This document shows, piece after piece, positions 9,867-20,152 of a stretch of DNA of 64,000 bases (within the stretch, counting starts at the first letter, position 1; each line of letters starts with the position of its first letter). The translations under genes were made by a program, and so were the position numbers. The notes under the pieces were generated by a model, which was given only the letters and a program-made list of their open reading frames with translations, ran no database searches and was not told where the DNA came from. Source of the stretch: a virus; IMG/VR virus record IMGVR_UViG_3300033388_006651, positions 1 through 64,000 of that record; one strand, 5' to 3'.

Positions 9867-12800
9867 ATGCCCACTCGTCCCAAGTTCTATCCGGCTTCTG
9901 TCAGCCGGTACCTGGATCCCAAAGAGCGATCTTGGGACACCGTCGTTGCCGAATTTGGAAAGCTCGTTCTCGACTCGGAGAAGAACCTCGAGCAGGACAT
10001 CCGTGATCTGGACCGTATCCGAGACCTGTCGCGCTCCGTCCCTTCGGGATGGGTGAGAGGTCAGAGTCGCGGGGACGCTTTCGACGAGTTCAGTTTCGAT
10101 GACCCTTGGCTTGCGGGTCCCGTCCTCAACCCCGACTTCATCGCCAACACTTTCCACATGCAGAAGGTGCAGGCGCTCGTGGCCGGGATGCTGCTCGACA
10201 TCGAGTACGTGGACACGGACACCAAGGGCGACAACCTGATCACGCTCGACGTTCCGAGCCCTCCAGGAGCTCCTCCCGGTTTCAAACGTACCGATTTCGT
10301 GTTCCTTGAGGTTTGGCTTGCTCTGGTGAGCGACAGCCCGGCCGCTCGTGGCACGCTGGTTGTGAGCGATCCGGTCACGGCCAACCCTGGTGACACCATC
10401 ACCGTGGACGGTGTGGTCCTCACAGGCGTCCTCGTTGCGCCGGCCGCGAACCAGTTCCAGATCTTCAACGTCAGTCCTACGAACACGGCTGCCAGTATCG
10501 CTACTCAGATCAATGGCATCGTCCCGACGGTCACGGCGACGGCGAACGCCAACATCGTTCGGATCACGGCCAACGATTCTGGAACCGTGGGCAACGCCTA
10601 CACCTTGGGGAGTTCCAACCCTGCGGGGATTTTGGCGTCCGGCGGTTTCCTGACTGGCGGCGTCGATACCCCGAACAAACCGACGCAGAACTCCATCTAC
10701 CGTCACGGCAACGTGGATTCATCGGCTGCGGTCGCATTGCCCGATGACATCGAAGACCCCACGGTAGGGGCTGAGACGACCAAGCGCGTCCAGATTCAGT
10801 ACCGCATCCGCCACACCGGTGAGGCCGAGGGTGTCGATTTCAAGCTCCAGGCAGACGGGTTCTCCAACCCCTTCATCCTGGCGCAGGGATCTCAGGTTGC
10901 TCCTGTGGCCCTGTACCCGTTCGTTCCGGCAGACAACAAGACCGTCATCGACAACAGTGACGCTCGAGATGGCGTGGCCGGTCCCGACATTGGATACGGC
11001 ATCCTCGACAACGGCCTGTGGATTTCGGGTGAGGGCACCGCCGCTTCGGCCGCGGACCTCGGGACCATCGACGGTTTCGTCTACGCCATTCCTATCGCGT
11101 TCGCGTTCCGCAAGAACGACAACACCGCCAGTGGTGGCTTCGATCCTGCCAGCAACACGAATGGCGGCCTCCTCTACAACCACGCTGCGACGCCGAACAC
11201 CAACCTGTTCCTGACGCCCGTCGCTGTTGGCGAGTCGAGTCGTCCCGATGGTGGCTTCGCAGATGCCATCGGTCCCACGGACGTGATGGACCTTCGTCGT
11301 CACATCCGGATGAACGGTCAGGACCTGGCAGCCGAGCTCCAGTTCCAGATGCAGGCGCTCCAGGATGGCACCACGCGGACCTGGGCCATCGACACCGCCT
11401 CCAAGCAGATCATGGGGTCTGGCTCGGGCGATGTGTCCACGCAGAACCTTGTGGCCAACGAGGTCGGCCGCACGGCCGCATCAGGAGGCATCCCCCCACT
11501 TTCCGGTGACACCACGCGTGGCGTCACCATCCGCAACTTCGATCACTTCGCACGTCGTTTCGGTGACCAGCCCGTTGTCGAGCGAGTCGTTCTGGCTCTC
11601 CTGCCCGGAGACGACATTGCGACGTTCCCAGGCAAGTACGTGGTGCGTCCTGGCTACGCGGCAGCGTTTGCCGGTTGGGCCGAAGAGGACGAGATCAACA
11701 TCAACCTGGCGGACTTCAACATGTCCACCTTGGGAGACTTCGATCCGACGAACGTCGAATCGTGGCCCGTACCCGCAGCCGACTACGCGTCTTTGATTCC
11801 GCCTGGGACGTTCGTCACGGACGTGCTGTCGATTTTCCACGATGACGGGAACTGGAACGTTGCCGTAGACCAGACGGTCAAGCCCACGGCCATCATTGGA
11901 CTTGGCACGTCTCACATCCAAGTCTCGCTCGACGTGAACCCTGTCCAGGTGACGGGCGGTATCAATGCAGCGGATCACGACATGGTCGGCACGTTGGTGT
12001 CGGGTGACGTGGGTTCGCCTCGTCGTATTTTCATCGAGCTTGAAGTGACGTACCCGCTGGGAGTGGGGACCACAGACACGCCCGATCTTGAGATCACTCC
12101 TGACGATCCGCCGTACCCGTACGGTCCGATGCTGGAGAACTGGCTTCCCACGGGACCGGACCAGCGACCTACGGACATGGAAGATCGGTTGGCTCCGAAC
12201 TTCCGGTCTGGTTTTCGTGAAGTTCATATCGAGTACATCGCCAACGATCCTACGGGCGGTGGTGGCAACGCGGGTATCCCCATCGGTACTTTGACGCCGG
12301 AGACGGTGGTGAGCCGAGACCCGAGCAGTTTTGTGCTCCCGCGTCGTTTCTTCGGCGATGCGACCACAAGCATCACGGTTACGGACGGGGACGATGGCAA
12401 CCCGCGTGATGTGGACGACCCTAACACCGACTACGGTGCTTCCACCCGTTTGGTGAATCTCGACATTGGAGGGCCCGCCCCGGCGATCCCTCTGTCTGGC
12501 GCAGGGCAGACGTTGTGTGAAGTTCGATTCTTCGCTCAGGATCCTGTTCCCAACTTCGGTCCTGCCGGAGCCGGTTACCAGCAGACCATTTACTTCCGTA
12601 CGAACGCGCCTCAGACGGTTGGCACCAAGGAAGGCGTCATCAGTACGACCATCCAGGATTTCCCGTACACGGGTGCTACCGGGCCGCTGCCTTCGACGCT
12701 TGAGGTCGAGCCGCTGTACGTGTCCCAGAACGTCTGGACCGGCCAAGTGGGCATGGGCAGCGTGGAGCTTCCGTTCCCGTACTTCGCCCCGTTGGACCAG

Positions 12801-13298
12801 CTCCCGGTCAACGACGGCCAGACGGAGACGGTGCCGCCCCCAGACGCGTTCCCCGGCGAGTACTACTTCGCGGCCACGGCCAACATCTCCATCGACGACT
12901 TCGATGCTGAGGTCGGCACGCTTGCCCTGCACACGTTGGTGCCACCCGAGGGGTCCATCCAGTGGACGATCGGTGGGACGCCTACGACGGACGAGCCTTT
13001 CAAGGACATCGAGTTCCGCGCCGTGTACCCCGTCATCAACCGCAGCGGTCACCGGCCCACGGGGATGGCTCAGGGCATGAGCAATGTGGTGCGTCACAAG
13101 GTGTTCCAGCCCACGCTGGTTCGCTCCAAGCAGGACAGCGTGCTGTTCCGCAAGGACGAGGTGCTCTTGCTTGTGGTGACACGCTGGGCTGTGCTCGATG
13201 CCAACAACGACCTGACCTTTGCGGACTCGGGCGGCAACACCGGCGTCGGTGTGTTCCGGACGAAGAACCTTTTGATGGTCGCGGGGAACCAGGAGTAA
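9867..13298 (+). CDS. Virion structural protein (1143 aa), paralogue of 23640..29345
   Basis: Shares the blocks LDSExN, DFxFLExW, DPTxGxETTxRVQxQYxIR, GTxDGxVYAxP and DGxFADxI...DLRR with 23640..29345. Confidence 0.65.
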   Translation: MPTRPKFYPASVSRYLDPKERSWDTVVAEFGKLVLDSEKNLEQDIRDLDRIRDLSRSVPSGWVRGQSRGDAFDEFSFDDPWLAGPVLNPDFIANTFHMQKVQALVAGMLLDIEYVDTDTKGDNLITLDVPSPPGAPPGFKRTDFVFLEVWLALVSDSPAARGTLVVSDPVTANPGDTITVDGVVLTGVLVAPAANQFQIFNVSPTNTAASIATQINGIVPTVTATANANIVRITANDSGTVGNAYTLGSSNPAGILASGGFLTGGVDTPNKPTQNSIYRHGNVDSSAAVALPDDIEDPTVGAETTKRVQIQYRIRHTGEAEGVDFKLQADGFSNPFILAQGSQVAPVALYPFVPADNKTVIDNSDARDGVAGPDIGYGILDNGLWISGEGTAASAADLGTIDGFVYAIPIAFAFRKNDNTASGGFDPASNTNGGLLYNHAATPNTNLFLTPVAVGESSRPDGGFADAIGPTDVMDLRRHIRMNGQDLAAELQFQMQALQDGTTRTWAIDTASKQIMGSGSGDVSTQNLVANEVGRTAASGGIPPLSGDTTRGVTIRNFDHFARRFGDQPVVERVVLALLPGDDIATFPGKYVVRPGYAAAFAGWAEEDEININLADFNMSTLGDFDPTNVESWPVPAADYASLIPPGTFVTDVLSIFHDDGNWNVAVDQTVKPTAIIGLGTSHIQVSLDVNPVQVTGGINAADHDMVGTLVSGDVGSPRRIFIELEVTYPLGVGTTDTPDLEITPDDPPYPYGPMLENWLPTGPDQRPTDMEDRLAPNFRSGFREVHIEYIANDPTGGGGNAGIPIGTLTPETVVSRDPSSFVLPRRFFGDATTSITVTDGDDGNPRDVDDPNTDYGASTRLVNLDIGGPAPAIPLSGAGQTLCEVRFFAQDPVPNFGPAGAGYQQTIYFRTNAPQTVGTKEGVISTTIQDFPYTGATGPLPSTLEVEPLYVSQNVWTGQVGMGSVELPFPYFAPLDQLPVNDGQTETVPPPDAFPGEYYFAATANISIDDFDAEVGTLALHTLVPPEGSIQWTIGGTPTTDEPFKDIEFRAVYPVINRSGHRPTGMAQGMSNVVRHKVFQPTLVRSKQDSVLFRKDEVLLLVVTRWAVLDANNDLTFADSGGNTGVGVFRTKNLLMVAGNQE

Positions 13299-13302
13299 CG
13301 CC

Positions 13303-16300
13303 ATGCCTCGTGAAGTAGATCCCGGCACTATCCAAAAGGGTACTGGTCTTGCGAACCAGGACTCGGTGGGCTCCAACTCGTTCACGGACGAAGTCATCGA
13401 GGGACAGAATAAGGGGCTCGACGCTCACCTCAACGACCCCGAGGATGCGCACCCGGCTTCGGCGATCTCGACCACGGGATCCAACGGTGCCTACGATGGG
13501 AACGATGTCCAGGAGAACCTGGATGAGCTCGCGGGCCTGGTTCCGATGCGACCTCCCACGATCGGCAACTTCGAAACGGTCACGACGTTCACGGGGATCA
13601 CCGACTGGGGTGTGCTCAAGATGCGCGATGCGGGTTTTGTCCAGCGCGGTGATGTCACGCCTCCAGTTGCGGCGAGTCCGACGAACGATTTCTTCGTCTA
13701 CAGCGAGTTTTGGTTCCCGCCATACGAAGCGCAGAACATTTTCGCCACTGCGATTGCTCCGAACCCTCCGGGTGATGTGTTCACGACTCCGGGTAACGAC
13801 CCGGATACGGACCTTACGTTCAATGTGGCAGACGGCGGCTACACCGGCGGGGGTCCTGGGTTTACACATCAAGGTGGTTTTACGCGCACGGTCCCTGTCG
13901 TGGAGACGGCGCGCACTTTGAACACCGCAGCCGACCCCGAAGTGGTCCTCTCTGGCGCGGTCTATCCCGCAGACCGAGGTGTGGTTGCCCTGTTCCATTG
14001 GCCGGCCGACGGGGGTATTGCGGAGTTCCTGGCACAGCCCCTGACCGACCGTGTCATTGCGGCTCTCCTGTGTGGCCAAGGAATCAACGGCGGCGACGGC
14101 GACGGCGACTGTGACGGAGGCCCAGGCGGCATGTTCGCGGAGGGCGACCCGAATGTATTCGCGTTCCCAGGTCGAGCTGCTGGTCAGTACGACCTGCTCG
14201 AAATCCATACCGGTTTCGACGCACAGGCCGGTGTCGCGATCCCTGCTGGTCCTGAGCCGGGAGCGGGTCAGGTGCGGTTGGGTACCGACCCGGCTGCTGG
14301 GGTTCCTGTCGTAGTGGGTGGGATTCCCATCTTTGGTGGCACCCCGGCAGGCACTGGTGGTGGCAACATCAACAACTTCTTCCGATACCGGTTGCCGTAC
14401 CTCGACGACTACACGACTGCCACGGGCATCGAATTCACGCCGGCTGTCCAGAAGCCGCGCTATTTCGAGAAGCCTGCGGTTTCGTTGGATCCCGGTGCGG
14501 ATCTGACGCAGGCAGGAGATTTCGCCAATTTCACGAAAGACTACTGGACGTACCAGGTCTCTCGTTACCGGCACCAGTTTGATCGGGCGTCTTTCGGCGA
14601 TCCGGACAACGGGTCGTACATCCTGTTGCACTTCCGTCGGGAAACGGATTTCGAGTCGTTCGCTCGAGACGGCATCATGCCGGACGACGTTGGGTTCGGG
14701 TACGACATGTGGAGCGCCAACATGGTGAACTACATCAACCCCGAGAGCGTGGACAACCTGGTGGACTCTTCGCTCCCCTTCGCGCCCACGACCTCGACGG
14801 CGTACCACCTGCACCGGTCGGCGGTTTTCGTCGATTCTGACACCATCGTGGGCCCTCTCGGCGCGGCGTACACCTTCGCAAGCGAAGTGGACGAGACCAT
14901 GTTCGTGTCGGGGATCCAATACTTCCTTCCCAACGGAAGCGGGATCGGTACCAACTGGCAGATTGATACGCTGACGTGGGGTGCGAGCGGGATGTTCTCG
15001 CCCACGTATCTGCTGGGCGATGACAACCTTCCGCCCACAGACGAGACTCCGGGTTTTTGGCACCGGCCGAACACCATCCTGTACCTGGGGATGGCCACGG
15101 CCGACTCCAACATCATCAATGGCCTGGGCGTCGGCTACACCGGCACCGCGTTTTACCAGCGCGTGGATTTCAACTACACGGACCTCGACTCCGTGAGCGG
15201 GCCCTTCGATCTGACCGTTGGCCCGACCACCCTGGATTCGGCGGACATCATCCTTCTCGGTGGTGATACGGCGGTCACATTCGGCGGTGACGACAACCAG
15301 TGTCACTTCTGGTTCGACGCAAGGCTTCGAGTCTTCGCTCGGAAACCGCAGAACCAGCAAGACGCGACGACCCCGAACACGACGTTCTTGTTCCCGAACC
15401 CCACAGGGGATTCGCTGCTCATGCACACCACGTCCCATTCGCCGTCGTTCGACAGCGGTGGTGACTACGGCAACTTCAAGACCGGTGCTGGCGATTCGCC
15501 TCCTCGTGTCAACCTCGAGAACCCTCGCAAGGACGTGGAAGAGCGGTTCTATGACGAGGTCTACCGTGTCGCTGAGACGACGCTGGTCTCGATCGATGCG
15601 AGTTACAACGCCGGGTTGGGGATCGGCAACTTGGTAGGACCGGGACTTCCTTTTGGACCTGGAGGCCCTCTCGAGCTTCCAGTCCGGTTTGCCGGTGAGC
15701 CTTTCGCAACATTCGGCAGCGCGTCTTACCTGCGTGCGGACTATTACGTTGAGGACCTTGCTACGAGTGGCCTCGTTCTGCTTGAGCTCCAAGTCAGCGG
15801 GCTTCCAGATCGCGATCCGCCAGCTACGGACGGGGTCGAGAACCCGTGTCCGTTCAGCGGTCAGGTGCTCTTCCCGCAGATCGATTACCTGGGCGGTGGC
15901 TTCCGCCCTTCCCTGGCGGATGGTGACATCACTGCTGCGCAGTTCGACTACTCGGCTGGTGGTGCCGCTGATCGGTTCTACTACCGGATGTTCGATGCTG
16001 CCTACAGCAACCAGGCAGCCCCAGATCAGGAGCCCACCGTTGTGGGTCAGCCCTTTTTGACGTTCCGTATCGACGGGCTCACGCTGGCTGATTTTGTGTA
16101 CACGCCTGCGGGACCGGGTAGCCCTGAGATTGCGCTCGAGCTCAAGATCCCTGGCCTCACGACATGGATGGACATGGGTCGCAAGGACATGGACGGTCCG
16201 TCGAAACAAGATCCTCTGGCCGATGGTGCCGGGTGCCAGATCATCGACCCCACTGCGACTTTCGATGGGCGTGACGCTGTCACCGGTACTGTGTTTTGTC

Positions 16301-16563
16301 AGGTGCGTGTGAACGTGGGGCCGGCCATCAACATCTTCGCCAATACCGGCGCAGTTGCTGGAGCGGCTGCCGGGGTTGCTCCCGTGTTCTTCCGTGCCCG
16401 GATTCGTTCCGGAGGAGGTCTTGCGCTGAACTTCACACAGGGAGGGCCTAGCGCGACTACGGATGTTCCTCGTGCTCTCACGGGCGTCACCCTTCTTCGG
16501 CACAGCACTGGCCTGGGCCCCAACGATGCAACTCCCTACGGGCCTCCCACCCCGTTCCCGTAA
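13303..16563 (+). CDS. Virion structural protein (1086 aa)
   Basis: SD AGGAG upstream. HLNDPEDAHPASAIS...DVQENLDEL motif seen in phage tail proteins. Operon context supports the call. Confidence 0.6.
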   Translation: MPREVDPGTIQKGTGLANQDSVGSNSFTDEVIEGQNKGLDAHLNDPEDAHPASAISTTGSNGAYDGNDVQENLDELAGLVPMRPPTIGNFETVTTFTGITDWGVLKMRDAGFVQRGDVTPPVAASPTNDFFVYSEFWFPPYEAQNIFATAIAPNPPGDVFTTPGNDPDTDLTFNVADGGYTGGGPGFTHQGGFTRTVPVVETARTLNTAADPEVVLSGAVYPADRGVVALFHWPADGGIAEFLAQPLTDRVIAALLCGQGINGGDGDGDCDGGPGGMFAEGDPNVFAFPGRAAGQYDLLEIHTGFDAQAGVAIPAGPEPGAGQVRLGTDPAAGVPVVVGGIPIFGGTPAGTGGGNINNFFRYRLPYLDDYTTATGIEFTPAVQKPRYFEKPAVSLDPGADLTQAGDFANFTKDYWTYQVSRYRHQFDRASFGDPDNGSYILLHFRRETDFESFARDGIMPDDVGFGYDMWSANMVNYINPESVDNLVDSSLPFAPTTSTAYHLHRSAVFVDSDTIVGPLGAAYTFASEVDETMFVSGIQYFLPNGSGIGTNWQIDTLTWGASGMFSPTYLLGDDNLPPTDETPGFWHRPNTILYLGMATADSNIINGLGVGYTGTAFYQRVDFNYTDLDSVSGPFDLTVGPTTLDSADIILLGGDTAVTFGGDDNQCHFWFDARLRVFARKPQNQQDATTPNTTFLFPNPTGDSLLMHTTSHSPSFDSGGDYGNFKTGAGDSPPRVNLENPRKDVEERFYDEVYRVAETTLVSIDASYNAGLGIGNLVGPGLPFGPGGPLELPVRFAGEPFATFGSASYLRADYYVEDLATSGLVLLELQVSGLPDRDPPATDGVENPCPFSGQVLFPQIDYLGGGFRPSLADGDITAAQFDYSAGGAADRFYYRMFDAAYSNQAAPDQEPTVVGQPFLTFRIDGLTLADFVYTPAGPGSPEIALELKIPGLTTWMDMGRKDMDGPSKQDPLADGAGCQIIDPTATFDGRDAVTGTVFCQVRVNVGPAINIFANTGAVAGAAAGVAPVFFRARIRSGGGLALNFTQGGPSATTDVPRALTGVTLLRHSTGLGPNDATPYGPPTPFP

Positions 16564-16574
16564 GGATTACCACG

Positions 16575-19500
16575 ATGGCCGAATTTACCGATCAGGAAAA
16601 AGAACTCCTCGACAAACTCCGCAAGGGGTTTGAGAGTGATGCCAAAACGCGTTCGCAGCTTGAGCCGTGGCAAGAGCTCATCGACCGGGACGAGACGGTC
16701 AATGCGAACCGTGCTTCGGCTGCGGCCAAGATCATCGAAGGGTTCGCAGGCTCTTGGGCAGCCCAGTACAACTTCGGTATGGGATCGAGCATCGTGCCCT
16801 CGGGAGCGCTCGTTAGCGAGGCGGTGACCAGTGCCGATCCCCAGGGGCCTCCCATCCCCGTCCGTGCCAAGACCAGCAAGCTGGGCTTGCGTGGAGCACC
16901 GGAGATCAACTTCGTCCCGTACAACTGGCGCACCAACACATTTGGTAGCAAGGGGCCGTCCCTGGTGGGGCATCCCATCGGATTCCAGATCGTGGGTCCG
17001 ACGCTCAAGTCTCCTGTGATGAACTGGACCTGGCAGGTCCTCGAAGGCGCTGGCCCCAACGGCGGGGACCTACTTCGCATGGCTGTGCAAACTGATGGCA
17101 CCGCCAATGTGATGGAGCCCTACGCTGCTGGGGATTTGGGTTTGGCCTACGGGCCTTTCGGCACCAGCGGATGGACGATCGGTGACGCTGCGGAACCGAA
17201 CGGCGGCCTCTATGTCCTGATCGCAGACGACGGTCTCAATTCGGGTTCGATTCCGGCCGGTCGTGTACCGATGGCAGCCTTGGATCGGTTTGTTGAGACG
17301 GCGCGGTACGAGATTTTTCGAGTGGCTTCGTTGCCAGTCGTCGGGGTCGGCGACCCTTACGAGATCGAGCTGCATCCCGACAAGAGCCTCAGCACCTATT
17401 TCGATCTGCCCGCGGTATCCATTGACCGCAGCATCCGGGCCATCACGATGGTGCGTCCCTACGTGGCACGCCTCCAGGCTGTTCCGCAGTCCGGGGCGGC
17501 AGGGGGCAACGATGGCGAATCGGTCTCAGGACGCGAGCAGGCGTTCGTGGTGGTGTCTCCTGAGCGGGCAGCCAGCGGGGACAACTTCCCACCGTTTCAG
17601 GGCCCGGCTGTGACGGACGGCACCTGGATTCAGGGTGGGTTCACGGACTCTCGACAGCCTGGAACTACCACGGCTGGCGAGCCGAGTGCGTACGGTGGTG
17701 CGGCCCGTCTGCCCGTTCCCATTCCAGTCCAAGAGGCAAGTGCAAGCGTGGAGAAAGCGTTTGTGCCGACCGTTTTGGTGGGCCAGTGGGCCATCACGGT
17801 GCCTTCGCTGACTCCGTACACGACGGGTCTTTTTGCGTCGCAATTCCCCATCGTGAATATCACGGTCACCCAGCGTTCCGACGATCTCCCGGCTCTAAGT
17901 CAAGGATCGATTCCGAGTTGTCTTGGATGGTTCGATGCGGTGACTACCAACGTGGCGCCTGATCGAGTTTTCTTGAATCGGGTACCCGAGACGGATCCCC
18001 AAACGGGTCTCACCTACTGGGGCCCTGGCCCCTGGGTTAACAGCCTGATTGGGACTCAGACCGTAGGGCTTCTGGCCACGCTGCATGAGCCCATCTCGAG
18101 TTTGTGGGTTGAGGAGTTCAACCTGGATGCGGTTGAGGCATCGCGGGTAAAAACCATGATCGACCCGCAGTGGGTAGGCCGGTTTGAGAAGCAAATTTCT
18201 GACCCACTTCTTGTGGGGCTTGAGCCTGCGCCCCCTCCCGGGTCGGGGCCTGGTCGGGCTGACCGTGCGATCTTTGACACGCGTTCGATTGCGGCTGGTG
18301 GTCCCATTCCGAATGCCGAGAACCCAGGCAACCTGATGGACCTCGGGTTTCGGATGGTGCTGTTTCCAGCCAAACCGGATCCTAACGACATTACCCAGAC
18401 GATCCCGAACTTCGATCTGCCGATCACGGGACGCGAGCTCGTCATCGACGGCTCCATCAACGAGAAGCAGTACATCGACATCGACTACTCGTCGGGTGTC
18501 GTACGGTTGAGTCATCCACCTCCTGAGTCAAGAACGACCATCCCCAGTGAGCCTTCGGATGTCATCCCGGATGGCATCAGCGGACTCACCGGTAACAACC
18601 CGCGTGGCGAGGTGGTCTTGTTTGCGGCCTGTGTTCCTTACTCGATGGAGGATTCCCAGCTCGGCACCGGTGTCCGACTGACGGCGAGTGCGGGGGAGGG
18701 GGCTTCAGACTTCGATGCTTACAGCACCGAGGTGTCGGCCAAGATCGATCTGACGAACACCACGTTCTCAGGTGTCGCTCCTTTCTTTGGGCCATCGCTT
18801 ATTGCGCCGCTCCCGATCGAGATCGTCCTTGACCGTCTGTGGGACGGCCCGGAAACCGGCGTCATCACGATCGCGGCAGGTTCGGACACCGCTACCTCTT
18901 TCGGTCGGTGGGGGTACACCACGAAACGTACTGTTACGCCCGCAGGAGGGGTTCCGGTTACCGCTCTCGGCGGACTTTCGTCTCTTACCGTAGTAGCCGA
19001 CCCCGATCCCTCTTTGTTTCCGGGCGAACAGACTCGCAACATCACCCTGCGACGTGAAGTTGTTTTTCACAGGGAAGGCGTAAGCATTGCGGCGTTGTCC
19101 GACATTGTGAGCGGTGACACCTACTACGGAAGTTCGACTCGTGCGGATACCCTTCGATTTGAGCGTGCTTCACTGGTGCCTCAGCTCGATGGTTCGATGA
19201 GCGTTCGTCCTCGTCCTGATCTGGCGATCCAGCTCGACCGCGCCACCGGTCATATTTTGCCGGCCAAACTGTCACTTCCGTTAGACACGGTAGTCAATCC
19301 GGTGCCTCCTGCGGGCCCTGGGTTCCCGTACTTCTCTGAGCAGGGTGTTTTCGCAGGGCTGTCTTATCAGGCGGATGCCTCTAATCCTGTCGGGATCAAT
19401 GCGGGGTTGACGTACAACGCGGGGATCCTTCCAGGAGTGGGTACGGACAACCGTGGTCCGGATCAGCGTCTGGAGATGCCTGGTGCAGTCCTCCCGCTGT

Positions 19501-20132
19501 GGCACGGGGTCATCACTCAAGATGGGGGCACTGCGGGTGCGGGTTCGTTCTTCCTTTCCACGAATTTCCGTTTTGTGGCGAAGATTGGGGTGACGTTTTT
19601 GGCGTCTGGCGCCGTGTCGGACGCTACGGGCTTCGTCGGGCTCATTCAGGACGCGACGGGGCCAGCGCTCACCCCCATCGTTTCGACGCTCTCAGATCCG
19701 GCCCTAGCGCCCGTGGGTCACGACTACATCGGGTTCCAGTTCGATACGACGGCAGCTCCGGTCTGGCGCTTTTGGACGCGAGGTTCGAGTGGTGTGGACA
19801 ACCTCATTTCTACGACGGCGGTTGTGGATCGAACGATCCTGCTCACCCTTCAAGGACCCTTCTATTTCGTCATCGAAAGTCCCCGAATCGGTGCCACAGA
19901 TGTCGATTCGGTGGTTGTTAAAATGGGGGTCTACGACGCCAACAAGGTGTTGCTGAGCAACATCACGGTGACAAACAAAGACCTGCTTCCCGCTCCTTCG
20001 GGACGAGGCTTTTTCACGAGCGCAGCGGTTCGTGAAGAATTTGTCGCGCTGAACCGAGGAGTTAATATGCTCATTTATTCCATGAGCATCGTTTTCGACA
20101 CCGACATCGACGACCTGCCTCCACTGCCGTAG
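16575..20132 (+). CDS. Virion structural protein (1185 aa), possibly receptor-binding
   Basis: SD AAGGA upstream. Long Pro/Gly-rich ORF in the structural operon with a beta-rich C-terminus. Confidence 0.55.
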   Translation: MAEFTDQEKELLDKLRKGFESDAKTRSQLEPWQELIDRDETVNANRASAAAKIIEGFAGSWAAQYNFGMGSSIVPSGALVSEAVTSADPQGPPIPVRAKTSKLGLRGAPEINFVPYNWRTNTFGSKGPSLVGHPIGFQIVGPTLKSPVMNWTWQVLEGAGPNGGDLLRMAVQTDGTANVMEPYAAGDLGLAYGPFGTSGWTIGDAAEPNGGLYVLIADDGLNSGSIPAGRVPMAALDRFVETARYEIFRVASLPVVGVGDPYEIELHPDKSLSTYFDLPAVSIDRSIRAITMVRPYVARLQAVPQSGAAGGNDGESVSGREQAFVVVSPERAASGDNFPPFQGPAVTDGTWIQGGFTDSRQPGTTTAGEPSAYGGAARLPVPIPVQEASASVEKAFVPTVLVGQWAITVPSLTPYTTGLFASQFPIVNITVTQRSDDLPALSQGSIPSCLGWFDAVTTNVAPDRVFLNRVPETDPQTGLTYWGPGPWVNSLIGTQTVGLLATLHEPISSLWVEEFNLDAVEASRVKTMIDPQWVGRFEKQISDPLLVGLEPAPPPGSGPGRADRAIFDTRSIAAGGPIPNAENPGNLMDLGFRMVLFPAKPDPNDITQTIPNFDLPITGRELVIDGSINEKQYIDIDYSSGVVRLSHPPPESRTTIPSEPSDVIPDGISGLTGNNPRGEVVLFAACVPYSMEDSQLGTGVRLTASAGEGASDFDAYSTEVSAKIDLTNTTFSGVAPFFGPSLIAPLPIEIVLDRLWDGPETGVITIAAGSDTATSFGRWGYTTKRTVTPAGGVPVTALGGLSSLTVVADPDPSLFPGEQTRNITLRREVVFHREGVSIAALSDIVSGDTYYGSSTRADTLRFERASLVPQLDGSMSVRPRPDLAIQLDRATGHILPAKLSLPLDTVVNPVPPAGPGFPYFSEQGVFAGLSYQADASNPVGINAGLTYNAGILPGVGTDNRGPDQRLEMPGAVLPLWHGVITQDGGTAGAGSFFLSTNFRFVAKIGVTFLASGAVSDATGFVGLIQDATGPALTPIVSTLSDPALAPVGHDYIGFQFDTTAAPVWRFWTRGSSGVDNLISTTAVVDRTILLTLQGPFYFVIESPRIGATDVDSVVVKMGVYDANKVLLSNITVTNKDLLPAPSGRGFFTSAAVREEFVALNRGVNMLIYSMSIVFDTDIDDLPPLP

Positions 20133-20152
20133 GCGCTCAGGATCCTACGAGA